Positions 14,017 through 30,965 of a stretch of DNA of 64,000 bases are shown in pieces. Origin of the DNA: Octopus sinensis. Taxonomy: Eukaryota. The stretch spans positions 14,942,001 through 15,006,000 of the forward strand of contig NC_043018.1 of NCBI RefSeq assembly GCF_006345805.1, read 5' to 3'. Position 1 is the first letter of the stretch. Every line of letters begins with the position of its first letter. The notes below the pieces were generated by a model. That model searched no databases. It worked only from the letters and a program-made list of their open reading frames with translations, and had not been told where the DNA came from. The translations under genes and the position numbers were made by a program.

Positions 14017-15178
14017 GGTGGTGGATAATGGTAATGGTGATGATGATAATCTAATGTTAGTGTAGCTCACCACAATAAGTGAGTGCAAGAATGGTCGGAG
14101 TCTGAGACAAGCCCGGAAGATTGATTTAGTGCTTTTCTGGAATTGAGCCGTTATAAATATTTATGGTTCGTATTTATATTTCTTTTAGTTCTGACAATTT
14201 CAAAGTAACAATGGAGTGAGCCGAAGCTAATGAAACGCATCACGTCAGCAAAGTATTTTACTAATTTTTTACTTGTTTCAGTCATTTGACTGTGGCCATG
14301 CTGGAGCACCACCTTTAGTTGAGCAAATCGACCCCAGGACTTATTTTTTGTAAGCCTAGTACTTATCAGTCTGTTTTGCCGAACCGTTAAGTTACGGGGA
14401 AGTAAACACACCAGCATCGGTTGTCAGGCGATGTTTGGGAGACAAACACAGACACACAAACATATACACACACGTGCGTATATATATATACATAAATACG
14501 ATGGGCTTCTTTCAGTTTCCGTCTACCAAATCCAATCACAAGGCTTTGGTCGGCCCAAGGCTATAGTAGAAGACACTACGACTAAGGTGCCACGCAGTGG
14601 GACTGAACCCGGAACCATGCAGTTCGTAAGCAAGCTACTTACCACACAGCTACTCCTATGCCTATTTTCCTAACATTCTTTTGGAATGAAGTTAAAAAAC
14701 AAGTTTGAAAAATGGTAAAAAGAACTGGACAAGTTGTTTAAAAAAAATAAACAAAAATTATGGTGGAAAAAATTGTTTGAAAAAATGTGTTGTACCAGGA
14801 TTTTAACTGGACTTTAAAATATAATTTTAATATTAAAATTAAAGTTAAATTTTATTTGAACTGATTAAGACGGAATAAGAAATGCATCACAGCCTAACAA
14901 CAACAACAGTTTATGGTTTGGCATCAAATTTGGAATATGATTTAAAGTGGCAGAATTTAACAAATGATTTATATGAAGAACAGCTGAACAAGGGATGAAT
15001 AATATGTGTGTGTGTGTGTGTAGATATATCAAACAACTGAACAAGGAATGTGTATATTATATATATATATATATATATATATGTGAATAAATAAATGGAG
15101 TTTAACGCAGGTGTAATCAAATATTTTTACTTTCGACACATGTTTCCGTGTTAATTGTTAACAGGTAAAAATACACTC

Positions 15179-15218
<40 letters not shown>

Positions 15219-15310
15219 TATATATAAATATGTGTGTGTGTGTGTGTATATGTGTGATACAATTGAATAAAGTCCAAGTTATATATACACCGCAACTGAA
15301 GAAGGATACA

Positions 15311-15351
<41 letters not shown>

Positions 15352-15555
15352 GTGTGTGTGTGTGTGTGTGTATGAAAGTGCTTTTCTGATAATTTCTCCA
15401 CTTTAATAATCGGATGTTTAAAAGTTGTTAGGTGTTTACCCCTAAAAACTTAAAGGCATCAGAAAAGCCATTTCTATTCATTTTTTTGAAATATCTTATT
15501 CTATTATACATACATACATACATATTTTTATATATATATATACAGATATATAGAT

Positions 15556-15862
15556 TGGCCTATCAAGAAGGTATATACAATTGACTAAAAATTCTAAAGC
15601 GTGTCATAACTGAACTGTGGCAATGAACTCCCAAAATGGCCAGAGATGTGTTTGACTTGATTTTGTGGAACTCCTTTTGCTCCTGGACTCCAATGTACCA
15701 TGGTTTTTATGAAATGAACTTTCTCGACATACTTTTTTTTTTTTTTTGAGGGGAGTAAGAAAAATTTTTTTAGTTGATTAATATTTTATTTTATATAGAT
15801 TTTTAGTCGCATGACACGCTTTAGAATTTTTAGCCAATTGTATGTACATTCTCGATAGGCCA
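15556..15862. repeat. Inverted repeat, about 52-bp arms, MITE-like
   Basis: 15556-15607 pairs with 15811-15862, 4 mismatches. Confidence 0.82.
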
Positions 15863-16038
15863 TTTTTTGATATCTGTATTTTTATTCACATATATATTTT
15901 TTTATATATGTATACTTTATATGTTTAAAGGCCATGGTAATATTTATATATGATCAAATGTTTTGGAGGCGTGGTGTTACATATAAGGTCATTGACTCGA
16001 ATTTGATGCTTGTTCTCTGATCAACGTTTTACATATAT

Positions 16039-18414
<2,376 letters not shown>

Positions 18415-18416
18415 GT

Positions 18417-18475
<59 letters not shown>

Positions 18476-18629
18476 TAGAGATAGAGAGAGAGAGAAAGAG
18501 AGAGAGAGACACACACACACACACGCACATGTATGTATGTATATATATATCAATAATTTTTTGGGAATATAAAATTTCAAACTTATAGGGTAAAATTCAA
18601 TTTAACAATTCTAAATCAAATTTCACAAT

Positions 18630-18845
18630 ATATAATATATGTATATAATTGAGAGAAATAACCTTTATTAAGTAATTGAATTGACAGTGAAAGATATTAT
18701 CTATATTAAATCATATAGAAAAAATTTTAATATTATAATAAATATTATTCTAAAATCACTAAAATAAAAAAATATAGATAATATCTTCCACTGTCTATTG
18801 AATTACTTAATAGAGGTTATTTCTCTTAATTATATACATATATTA

Positions 18846-18848
<3 letters not shown>
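18630..18848. repeat. Inverted repeat, 78-bp arms, about 5 mismatches, 63-bp spacer
   Basis: 18630-18707 pairs with 18771-18848. Confidence 0.88.
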
Positions 18849-18912
<64 letters not shown>

Positions 18913-18975
18913 ATATGGATATATATATATAAATATATAGATTTCTAGTCTGTAGAAGCTCCTTCTATATAATAA

Positions 18976-19107
<132 letters not shown>

Positions 19108-19289
19108 AGTCAGTATGAGAAGTACACGTAAGCCTTCTCATAATACATCATACAACAGTATTACAAAAGCCTTAGAGTGCCTTCAGTAAATTAGAAGAGG
19201 TATACCAAGGGAAGATGAAAGAGGCTAAATCAGCTTAACAGAAATGGACTTCCATTCATGCTAAGCAGATTTAGCCTCTTTCATCTTCC

Positions 19290-19327
<38 letters not shown>

Positions 19328-19812
19328 CAGTTTCATTCATTGGTACTCTTGAGTTTCAAGCATGATGCTAGTCATCAGCGATTTTGAATTTGAATGACAG
19401 ATGCTGATTGTTATTCCCATGAGGTGGGCTGTGATTCGTTGAGGAAGGTTATGCAGTGTCATGGTTTGATGTTAGTATAAGGGTAACAGTTAATTGTGCA
19501 CAGTTAGGTGCCAAGCAGTGGACTGAACCCAGAAACATGTGGTTGGAAAGCTAGCTTCTTACCACACAGCCACTCCTGAATGTCTATTAATATTCAGAGG
19601 AAGCAACCGAATAACTCAAGGTCCAAGAGTTTCCTGTGCTAGTTTGATAAGTGCCAACGCATTATTTTAATAAGTGTTAACATATGAAATTCTCAGACCT
19701 TGCTTCCGCTAAATATTAATAAAAATGCACGCATATTCATATCTTGAGTTCTATCTTCTTTGTTTGCACCACCATACCTATATATATATGTGTGTGTATA
19801 TATATATATATG

Positions 19813-19929
<117 letters not shown>

Positions 19930-20106
19930 ATATATATATATATATATATATGATGGGCTTCTTTCAGTTTCTGTTTATCAAATCCAAATCCACTCATACA
20001 GTTTTAGGAGGCCCATATCTAAATCTACAGTGGAAGAGATTTGCCCAAGTTGCCATGCCGAACCTGGAACTATATTGGTGGGAAAGAAAACTTCTTGGCA
20101 CACAAA

Positions 20107-20158
<52 letters not shown>

Positions 20159-21345
20159 GTTAACCTAGCTACCATTGGTTTCATGCTAAGAAAGGTATAT
20201 TTCTTGAAAATTATCAATCCTGCGACATTGGTGTTTGTTTCCATCTTAGAGTGTTTTCATTCAAGATGGAAACAACCCCCCCCCTGCATCCCATGTAATA
20301 TGCTTGATAATTTTTAAGAGATATATCATTCTTAACATGAAACACACACATATGTATGTATAACTGGCACTCTGAAGAGGGTTCCAGTTGATGCAATCAA
20401 TGGAACAGTCAGCTCGTGAAATTAATGTGCAAGTGGCTGAGCACTCCACAGACATGTTAACACAGTTCTGAGGGAGATTCAATGTGACACAGAGTGTTAC
20501 AAGGCTGGCCCTTTGAAATACAGGTACTACTCATTTTTGACAGATGAAGGGACTGGAGTGAAGTGAAATAAAGTGTCTTGCTCAAGGTTGCAACACATTG
20601 TTGGGAATTGAACTCATGATCTTCTGATCATGGGCTGAATAGCCTAACCACTAAGCCACGTGCCTTCACACACACATACACATACACATACGCACATGCA
20701 TGCACACATACATGCACACACACACGTGCACACATACACACACGCATACACATGTACATGCACACACACACACACACGTGCATACACACACACACACACG
20801 TACACCCCCCCACACGTTATATTTATATCTGCTGAGTTTGGATCCCTCTGCAGTTGTTTTACAATATATATCCAAGTGTGTGAGTTCGTCACTCTGTCTG
20901 TCTGTCTGTCTCTCTATATATGTGTGTGTGTGTGTGTGTTTTGTATAGCCGAGCGTGCATTCGTGCCTCCTGCCAATCCCAGTGTCTGCAGCACAAAGCG
21001 ATGGATGTTCACCAGTCTGTGTCTCTACCATCACATAACCTCAATAATTCCTCTCATGGCATACGGTGTCCGGGCTTTCCCCCATTTCCCATCGAAATCA
21101 TTTCCTTATCTACATAAAGCTGCCAAATCAAAAACACAAAATTGAGAACTACATACTTTGATTTTTACCCTGTTTTTTTTTTGTTTTTTTTTTACTAACG
21201 CCTACCAGTCTCTCTGTCTGTGTGTCTGACTGTCCATCTGTCTCTATAGACTTATATTTCATCTGGGTTTTATGGTTGTACCTATATTCAGTTATTTGAT
21301 TCAAATATATTTGCACTGATATTTATGTCAATAAATCCACTTTAA

Positions 21346-21564
21346 CCCTTCGGCACGCAGATTACTCGGTCAAATGTAATGATTGTTTATTCACATTGTT
21401 TTGAATTAATCATGCATTATCTAATTGAGTCAAGATGTCTATGACGCAGTTGTGTATTTTTTAGAATGACATTGCAGGGTAAGTGTAAGAGACCAGATCT
21501 GCTGGCTTGGACATAAAACTGGAAGAATACTTTGGTTGGATTTGGCCATAGTGAATGCTAAGGG
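21346..21564. mobile_element. piggyBac-type MITE, family 2
   Basis: TTAA-CCCTT...AAGGG-TTAA; reverse-complement homolog of 40579-40799. Confidence 0.7.
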
Positions 21565-21851
21565 TTAACCTGCATTTATATATATTTCTTGTTTCTTTAT
21601 TGCACACAAGGGTCTAAACATGGAGGGGACAAACAAAGGGATTAAGTCGATTACATTGACCCCAGTGCGTAACTGGTACTTAATTTATCGACCCCGAAAG
21701 GATGAAAGGCAAAGTTGACCTCGGCGGAATTTGAACTGAGAATGTAACGGCAGATGAAATACCGCTAAGCCTTACGCCCGGTGTGCAAACATTTCTACCT
21801 GCTCGCCTTATATATATATATTACACACACATACATACATATATATATATA

Positions 21852-21901
<50 letters not shown>

Positions 21902-22020
21902 ATGTATTTCTGTATGTGTATGAATAGTTATATGTGTCAATTATGTACCTATATAAATACACATGTTTAAATCTGCATATTTCTAGGAGTAACTTCTCAC
22001 CTTCAAACTGTATTACATTC

Positions 22021-22071
<51 letters not shown>

Positions 22072-22074
22072 ATA

Positions 22075-23448
22075 TATCATCATCATCATCATCATTTAAC
22101 GTCCGTTGTCCATGCTGGCATGGGTTGGATGGTTTGACTGGAGCTGGCAAGTTGGAAGGCTGCACCAGACTCCAGTCTGATTTGGCATGGCTTCTATGGC
22201 TGGATGCCTTTCCTAATGCCAACCCCTCCAAGAGGGTAATGGGTGCTCTTTACATGTCATTTGCATGACACCAGTAACTGCCACAACTACGATTTCACTC
22301 GGCTTGATGGGTCTTCTTCTGAAGCACGATATAATGCCAAATGTCTCAGTCATTGCTTCCATGGGGCCCAACACTCAAAAGGAGCTTTGCATGTGCCACC
22401 AGTATCAGCCTCTTTACCCCCGTAAGGTCCAATGCTTGAAAGGTGCTCTTTATGCCCCACCAGCATCAGCCACAACTACAATTTCACATGGCTTGATGGG
22501 TCTTCTCAGGCACAGCATATCACCAAAGGTCTCAATCACTAGTCATTGCTTCTGTGGGGCCCAAAGTTCAAAGATCATTCTTTACCACCTTGTCCTATGA
22601 CTTCCTGGGTCTACCTCTACCACAGAGTCCCTGCACAGTTAGAGATCGGTACTTCTTTACACAACTGTCCTCATCCATATGCATCACATGACCATACCAG
22701 TGGAGTCATCTCTCTTGCACACCACACTTTTCTCTCAAGATGTTTATACTCTGCTGAACATGCACACTGACATTGCACATCCAGCAAAGCATGCTGGCTT
22801 CATTTCTTTCAAACCTACACAAGTCCTCGGCTGTCACAGCCCATGTTTCACTGCCATGTAGCATAGCTGTTCACACAGCAGCATCATACAATCTACCTTT
22901 TATTCTGAAGGAGAGAGGCCCTTTGTTGCCAGCAGCGGCAAGAGCTCTCTGAACTTTGCCCAGCCTAATCTTATTCTCACAGCCATGCTCTCAGAACATC
23001 CACCTCTGCTTCTAACCTGGTCACCTTGATAATGGAAGCTACCTGCTACCTCTAGCTTATTCCACTGGCAGTTGATGGAGTCTATTTTCTGTACATTTTT
23101 GGTGTTTATTGCACCTGTGCATCTACCACACACAAAAGCTATTTTCCCTGTTAACCTTCCTTTGATATTGCTACACCTCTAATGTGTCCATAGCTTACAC
23201 CAGGTACATCTTATATATTTTCTACCTATACCTTTCCTACAGATTGAGCAAGGCCACCAACTTGAAGGGATTTGTGATTTGTATGCCTTTTTACTTACTA
23301 AGACTTTGGTTTTTGCTCGGTTAACTCTAAGGCCCTTTGATTCTAGACCTTGCTTCCATACCTGGAACCTCTTCTCCAGTTCAGGTAGTGATTCAGCTAT
23401 AAGAGCAAGGTCATCAGCATAGAGGATCTCCCAGGGGAAGCCTGTCTT
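22075..23448 (-). mobile_element. 5'-truncated RTE-clade LINE: RT YADD, C-terminal region, 3'UTR, (GAT)n tail
   Basis: Minus strand reads GFPWEILYADDLALIAES (YADD at 23421-23410) and WAKFRELLPLL; frameshifted and decayed. Confidence 0.85.
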
Positions 23449-23520
23449 AATACATATGTGAGTGTGTGTATATTCAAATGCATTCTAAAATAAGCATGTA
23501 CTTCATTTTCTATATATATG

Positions 23521-23560
<40 letters not shown>

Positions 23561-23610
23561 AAATATTGAGTTTCTAAATCTCTCGTAGAGAGGTGTACGG
23601 TGGTGGAGCG

Positions 23611-23863
23611 ATATAATGGTTGTATACTGTCAATCTAACAAGAACGTGACAGTAGGGGGTACACCACCGTTATATAGCCCTAGGAGGCATCGAACGCCTC
23701 CTGACAGCTCGACACATTTTATCCTGTGTCCTTATATACACATATAAGGACACAGGATAAAATGTGTCGAGCTGTCAGGAGGCGTTCGATGCCTCCTAGG
23801 GCTATATAACGGTGGTGTACCCCCTACTGTCACGTTCTTGTTAGATTGACAGTATACAACCAT

Positions 23864-23868
<5 letters not shown>
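23611..23868. repeat. Perfect palindrome, 127-bp arms, 4-nt loop (ACAC)
   Basis: 23611-23737 is the exact reverse complement of 23742-23868. Confidence 0.95.
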
Positions 23869-23911
<43 letters not shown>

Positions 23912-25588
23912 TTGTTATTGGTATGGGGTTAAAAAGTTTCTGCTCATTCTCCTGATTTCAATTAATGTGTATCAGTGAAAAATTTGTGGTTGTAGTCATC
24001 ATCTGACTGTTATTTTTAGCATGCTGGTGCCACTTGTATATTAACTATTAATATATATATTTTTGAATTCAAATGGATTCACTCCAATTTAATGACTCTG
24101 AGGAAGTCATAGGGATGTTTCACAAGTAGTCAGCTCGTAGTGTATTGCTTCTTATAGCAGAAACAACTGTGTGCTATTGAAGGTGATAACATGGTTCCTG
24201 TTCTCTTGTCATTCATTAACTAATATTACGCTCTGTACTCTCTCAATGCCTTGTTCTAAACACAAGTAAATTGAGCTCTAGCAACTCTTTTACCTGTTTC
24301 AGTCATTTGACTGTGGCCATGTTGGAGCACCACCTTTAGTCGAACAAATCGACCCCAGGACTTATTCTTTGTAAGCCTAGTACTTATTCTATCGTGTGTT
24401 GCTTATTCTATATGTGCTGCTGTTTGTTCAAGCAGATCTACTTGTGTATGTATGTATGTATGTATGTATGTATGTATGTATGTATATGTACATACACACA
24501 CACACACACACACACACAATCGCAGACATCAGTTGCAATTAAGTCAATTAATGTATGTTACTATGGAAACGAGGAGGAGGAGAGAAGTAACAGAATTGTA
24601 CAACTGAGTGGAGAGGTCAGCGTTGGACATTCAGTCGCTTACTCTGCACTTTAGTGGGATTAAAGGTCAAATTATTTAACCTGATATCTGGAGGGAGACA
24701 TGAAAGACTGGCTGCTAGAAATAGCAACCAAATCTCCTTAAAACCACTTCTTCAAATATGGCAACTCAATATGTATATAGGAATAAGTCACTTCTAGATA
24801 TACTGATACATGATACCTTAAAAACTGTACTGAAGCTTACTAGGTGGATTGTACCCAGAATTAATTAGGTACAACCTCATGGATTGTACATGGAATTAAT
24901 GTTGGGCAACCTAGCTACATTGATTCTGTATGAAATGTGCCCAGGGACACTCAGCCATTTATTGATTCAGGAGAAGATAACTCAGTTGATCAAACAACTA
25001 AATCCTTATTGTCAAATGATCAGGGATCCTTCCTTCCTACATACATACATACATACATACATTTTGCCATCATGGAACATGGACATTAAATGGTGAAATG
25101 ATGATGCTAGCATGGAAAACATTTTAATGATGATGATGATAATTATATATATATATATATATAGATATGTATGTATGTATGTATGTATGTATATATGTAT
25201 GTATATATGTATGTATATATAATGCTCGTAGCTTAGTTTTTCTAATGCTCGTAGCTTAGTTTTTCCTGGGGGCTGGCCGGATCGGAGTGATCTCAAGATT
25301 AATCAGCCGAAATTGCTACGATGATTCGGTTCTTGACTGAAGATTAAGGGCTTCGAATGTCCCGTCCGTGTTTTTTGTATCGTCTTCTAAGTGTTTTGCG
25401 TTCTTGTCCCAGTTTGTATTTTTCTACATATAATAATAATATGTATGTATGTCATTATTTAGTTTTATTTCAAGATTTCTTGTCAATAGAGAAAGAGTCA
25501 GTTTCTAATCTAGATCCAAAGCTCCTTCATTGGGATTTCAACAACATCAACAGGGTATGTATGTATGTATTTGCATATGTAGACATGC

Positions 25589-25774
25589 TCACATATATAT
25601 GTAAATCATAAACTTCTGGAAAGTTTTACAGATTTTTACAGTTCCAGTGATGGCTCGGATCTGTAGTCTTCGAATCAGCTTTCTCCTTTCTGGCTTTGAA
25701 AAGCCTAATTCCTCAAGATTGGTATTTAGGCAGCATGTTACATATCCCAATGTCCCAATAATTACTGGTATCAA
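25589..25774 (-). mobile_element. C-terminus of an RLE-clade non-LTR ORF (restriction-like endonuclease end)
   Basis: IPVIIGTLGYV...LEELGF...LQIRAITGTVKICKTF resembles the R4/Dong C-terminal pattern (from recall). Confidence 0.6.
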
Positions 25775-28700
25775 CCTGAACTTGTAATTTGGCTAGAGCA
25801 ACTGTATGTATGCATGCATGTATGTATTGATGTATTGATGGATGGATGGATGTATGGATGGATGCATGCATGCATACATGTAGTTCACAGTTTTACAAGC
25901 CACTGATCACATAACTGTTCTTTTTTAATTTATATTTATGCTGTTTTTACTCCCAACCAAAAACTAGGTATAAAATATGCCTGGCAAAGAACTGCAACAA
26001 ATATTGGAAAAAAGGTTTTTGGCTGAAAAAAAAACAAATTCATTTTGAGAAATTAATCATGTAAATTAGTACAATATTTTTTTCCAGAAAAGTATGTAAT
26101 TAAAAATATAAAAAATGTTACAGTAAAAATGAAAAGATAAAAAAAAACATTTTAATAAATATAAAAAAATATAAAGTAAGAATAGAATCTTTTTTTTTTT
26201 GTTTTGTGTTTGTTTATTTTGTTTTGGGGGTAGTTTTTTTTTTCTGAAACTTAGCTGGAACTCACTTCTCAATAGTTTAAATCCAATAATTTTGAACAAT
26301 TTTAAACATTCCAGGACAAACTGAAAAACTGTCAACAACTTTTTAAAAACAATTTGTCCAAAATTAAAAAAAAAAAAATTCATTTGGTTTGATTTATGTA
26401 ATTGGTGTTGATAACCTGGGGGAAAGTCTAGGGGTGGCGGCTGTCAGTTATCAACAACAATAATAACAATAACAACAACAATAACAGCCATCATGAGTTG
26501 AAAGTAAGGTTTTGTTGGCAGTCGGTGCCATGGTTTTGTTAACCGTTTCAAGTGTGAATATTGTTGTGACCAGAGAGTCAGGACACTCGCTTGACCGACT
26601 CATTGTTGGTCTGGTGGAGCATCCAGGATCTGACAGTTGGAAAAATGTGGGAACTGTTGTCTCCCTCACGGATATAACAAAATAAATAAATAGTCTAGGT
26701 TCTTTATGACTATCTTATAAAAAAAATAATGATAAGAGGAACACCTCACCCCCAATGGTAATGCATTCCTCTATACTCTGTATCATCAGATGTGGGGAAA
26801 GAGGGGGTAGGGTATATGTTCAGAGTTTTAAGGGGAAGCAAGTTGTGAAAAACAATTTTAGTGTTGAGAGTATCTGATGTTGTGAAGGGAGAATAGCTGC
26901 ATGTGGAAGGAAACATCATTACACAGGGGACAGCTGAGAATGTTCAGAGGGAAATATCAAATAAAAATATTGATTTCTAACACAGGAGTCGTGATGGTGG
27001 TGGTGGTGGGGAAATATACTCATGTAAGGAGAACAATGTTGATTACTTTGAGCCCCGATTATTGATATTTTATTTTATTGATCTCAAAAGAATGAAAAGC
27101 AAGGGTGACTTTGATGGGACTTGAACTCAGAATGGAAATGGCACTAGTTAAATGTTACAAAGCATTTTGTATGATGCTCTCTAATGATTTTGTCAGCCAA
27201 CTGCCCTCAGTATAGGTGAAAATATCAACCCGTGAACATTTGGATTTCTCCGTTAATCATAATGCTCATTTATTCCCGTTATTTTGAGCAGATCGTTAAA
27301 CGTGGTAATCTGTTGCAGCTTTGAGATTTTGATATTGTGGTTGTTTATTTTTATAATGCTATTGTAGGGCAGGTGTGAGATGTCAGATCCGGCCAGTTTG
27401 AACATAGAACGAATTGAAAATTTAAGCCAGATATGGCTGTTTTAAATGCTAACGAGTTAAAAAAAATATTGAAAGTAATTAAATGCAGCACATGTTTATG
27501 ATGATGATGATGATGAGGAGGAGGAGGAGGATGATGATGATGATGATGATGATGAGGAGGAGGAGGATGATGATGATGATGATGATGGGGTGGTGATGAT
27601 GGTAGTTTTGAATGATCTTTTCTAATAGTTAAAATAAAGGCTCTCATTGAAATGAGTTATATCATGATTGTTGAAGACATGGTCTTTGGATCTATTTTTG
27701 TATCACATCACTCCTGGCAATTCCATCTATTAACCTTCACCTTTTGGACAGTCAGGTCACAGATATTTTTCTGATAAAATCATGGAAGAAACATTTCAAC
27801 AGTCTCAATGACAGACCATGTAAAACATTGCTTGATCTGCTAAAACTAGCAGCCATGTCTCCCTCAAACCACACACACACACATACTACCTAATCATTTA
27901 AAAAAACAAAATAAAAAGACACATTCATTGATATAGTCCTAGATACACTTTGTTTGAATATAAAAAAAAATAAAAATTTAAGTGAACAAGATTGGATAAT
28001 TACAGCCAGTAACATCTGTACAACAGATCAGGCATCTGTAACAACAACAATAATTTATCAAGTGAGACATAACGAGAAATTAATAGATAAAACCTGTACT
28101 TTTAAAAGTCTAAATGTGAACACAGGTAGTAAAAACATGGTCTTGTTAGGTATTTTTTAATTCTTTCTCATTGTTCTCCCTCTCTCCCTCATTTACATTT
28201 TCTCTCTCTCTCTCTCCTTTGAATTTTGCTTAATTAAAAAAATACATCTAACCATATTTATTGATCCATCCTAGATTAATAATCAATGAAAACATCCTAT
28301 CATATTCAATTGTTTCAATTTGAAGGCACACTCAGTAAAATGTCTCAACAAGATAACCTTAAAAAGATATTTGAAAAATAATTCGGTTGAATCAGGGTTG
28401 ACTTTGATCTAAATCAGGTATGGGCTACCTTTTTCAGAAGTGGGCCACATGAATCATGGCTCACCATTCAGTAAGCCATTCACAAACTTTTGCCAGCCAT
28501 ATGTTGTCAATGATTGATTGAAACAACAACCTTAAAATGACCTGCTGAAGAATAAAGATATTTGAGTGATTAAATATAAGATTAAATGCCTCATCACTCA
28601 TAAGTTCAAAATATAAAGTTTCTGTTGTTCTGTGCTTCTGGGTTAAATATTATATTCTGCCTTGTCTCAGGAGACTTGGCTCTGAGAAACAAGTATCAGA

Positions 28701-30770
28701 TCAATGCTCAGAACAAAGTTCATCTTTCAGGAATTGATACCAAATCAATTTGAGAATTATTCAGTCTTAGACTAGAATTCTATCAAATTATGAACCAAAT
28801 CAATCTGGGAAATGTTCAATCTCAGACCAGAGTTTCACCAATTGTCTCAGAATATTTTACTGTAAAATTGTTCAAGCTCTGATTAAAGATTATGTCTAAT
28901 GTTGGATGAATGACAACAGCAAACAGTCAATTCTTGATGACTTTATTCCACATACATCTGTCACATCTGTTATGTCTATCACATATATATATATCACATC
29001 TTATCATATATTACATACATATATCACATGTATCCACCATCAACTGAAGGCCATAATTGGCAATGAGGGACTTCTGTCCAAAGGATATTGTTAGATAAAA
29101 AAAAAAGTCCTAGATTACCCTAACCATATGTATATGTAATATACCAGGGTCAATTGCTTTCTGTTTTACTTTACTCAAAAGCCTGATATTTCAAGGAAAG
29201 AGGGAAAAAAGAATTTTGTGACATCCATGTCTTTCAAAAGAGCATCAGTAGAATATGAAAGAGAAGTAAAATAGCTGCAACTAAGAATTGAACCAACATC
29301 ATGTTAGTCAACTAGCTGTATGTTTATCACATGTTCCACACTTCTCACCACAAACTGCTGGTGTTGGTTAAAGTTAGATTCTGGCTTAACTTTACAAAAA
29401 AGAAAAGAAAAGATTAAATAACTGCGTTAACATCTAAAATTTCCTTCAGATCAATTTTTCTTTTAAAAAGAAAAATCCCAATAATTTAAAATCCAAATAA
29501 AAATAAATTGACGGAAGTTTTTACAAATCAAAAATAACATTTTTGGAAAAAAAAAGATCTAACAGTAATTTTGAATGAAGGGGCTAATTGATTACATTAA
29601 AAAACAAGTAATCACCTGGTACTTGTATTATTGACCCCAAAGGGATGAAAGGAAATGTGAACCTCAGCGGCATTCAAACTCAGAACATAAAAAAAACCAG
29701 AAGAAACACTGCTGACCATTTTTGACCATCTTGTTAAGAATTTTACCAGCTTGCCACCTTCTGTGAATAATTTGAATTCCTTCACACTAAATGGTGGTGC
29801 CAAACTGGACATTCTTGTACCACACCCCATATTAAATTAGAGTTTAATATCAGAGTGTGAAGTGAAGGCTTTAATCCAGGAGCCATTGTCTAGTAATGGG
29901 ACCATAGAATAAAGCCATCAACTTGTGGCTACTACTGAAGACTTGGGACCGAAATGGTTCCTCACATCCACAAAATGGGAACCAAAATTTAATGTAGCAA
30001 ATCTTGCCTGGCAAGATAATCAATATGCAAAGTTTTGAAGCAATGAAATTAGACAAATCGCATTAATTAATTAATCCATTGAATGGTGACACATGATTAG
30101 AGCTGCCATCGTCGACATCTTGCAGAAAATATTAAATTGCAACAGGGATTAAATGAACATTAAAATATATATATCTTAGAAAACCCTATAAAAAAAAAAA
30201 CAACAAGCAAATTCATTGCATTTCCATATAAATAAATCGAATAACAATAGCAACAATAATAACAATTTTTGTTTTAGCAGCAGCAGCAGCAGTTCTATAA
30301 AGGTTGATGAAAGAAAGGAAAAGAAAAACAAACAAACAAACAAAAAAACAACAATACAATGACAGCAAGAATATTTTTTTTTTTTTTGGAAAAAAATAAA
30401 ACTGTTCTTTGATTTTCACAGATTGAATATAAAACATTTTAAAACGTCAACAAATGAAAATTTTTATAAATATTTACATTTTTAGTGATGATGGGGTGGG
30501 GGTGGGGGTGGAGCAGGGGGGGGGAGGATTGGAAATTCATCTTTGGTGTGTGAAGTTGTAGAATTGTGCATGTGTGTATATAAATATTTACATACGTATA
30601 CAAATAATGTACATAAGCACATATGGATAAGTATATTATCTGAAGTGTATATTATCTGAAGTCTACAGTATTATATATCCAATATACATATACATATATA
30701 TATATTGATAAAAATGGTAAGACAACAAAAGAATGAAAGCGACCTCGATATAAATAGAGGAATTTATCTG

Positions 30771-30887
30771 TAAATGTAATATATGACAATTATTCGGTAG
30801 CCAAGATAAAATACTGAGGTGGATTTCCACCTTGGCATCCGAAACTCAGAGTTTTATCATGGCTACTGAATAATTGTCACATATTGC

Positions 30888-30892
<5 letters not shown>
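30771..30892. repeat. Inverted repeat, 48-bp arms, 26-bp spacer
   Basis: 30771-30818 pairs with 30845-30892, 6 mismatches. Confidence 0.82.

Positions 30893-30965
<73 letters not shown>

Noticed and set aside
15125-15170. Minus-strand GAAAC-ATGT-GTC, hammerhead 3' half
   Set aside because: 5' core reads CTGTTAA and there is no stem II; too decayed to call
25220-25265. Exact 23-bp tandem duplication and a nearby CTGAAGA at about 25338
   Set aside because: Simple slippage or insertion scar; the downstream sequence does not form hammerhead stems
26451-26669. Non-repetitive 72-aa ORF
   Set aside because: No motif, starts with a non-ATG codon and runs into a microsatellite; a UTR or small exon cannot be excluded
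29930-29965. CTGAAGA...CCGAAATGGTT
   Set aside because: Stem II is only 2 bp, with no helix III or stem I
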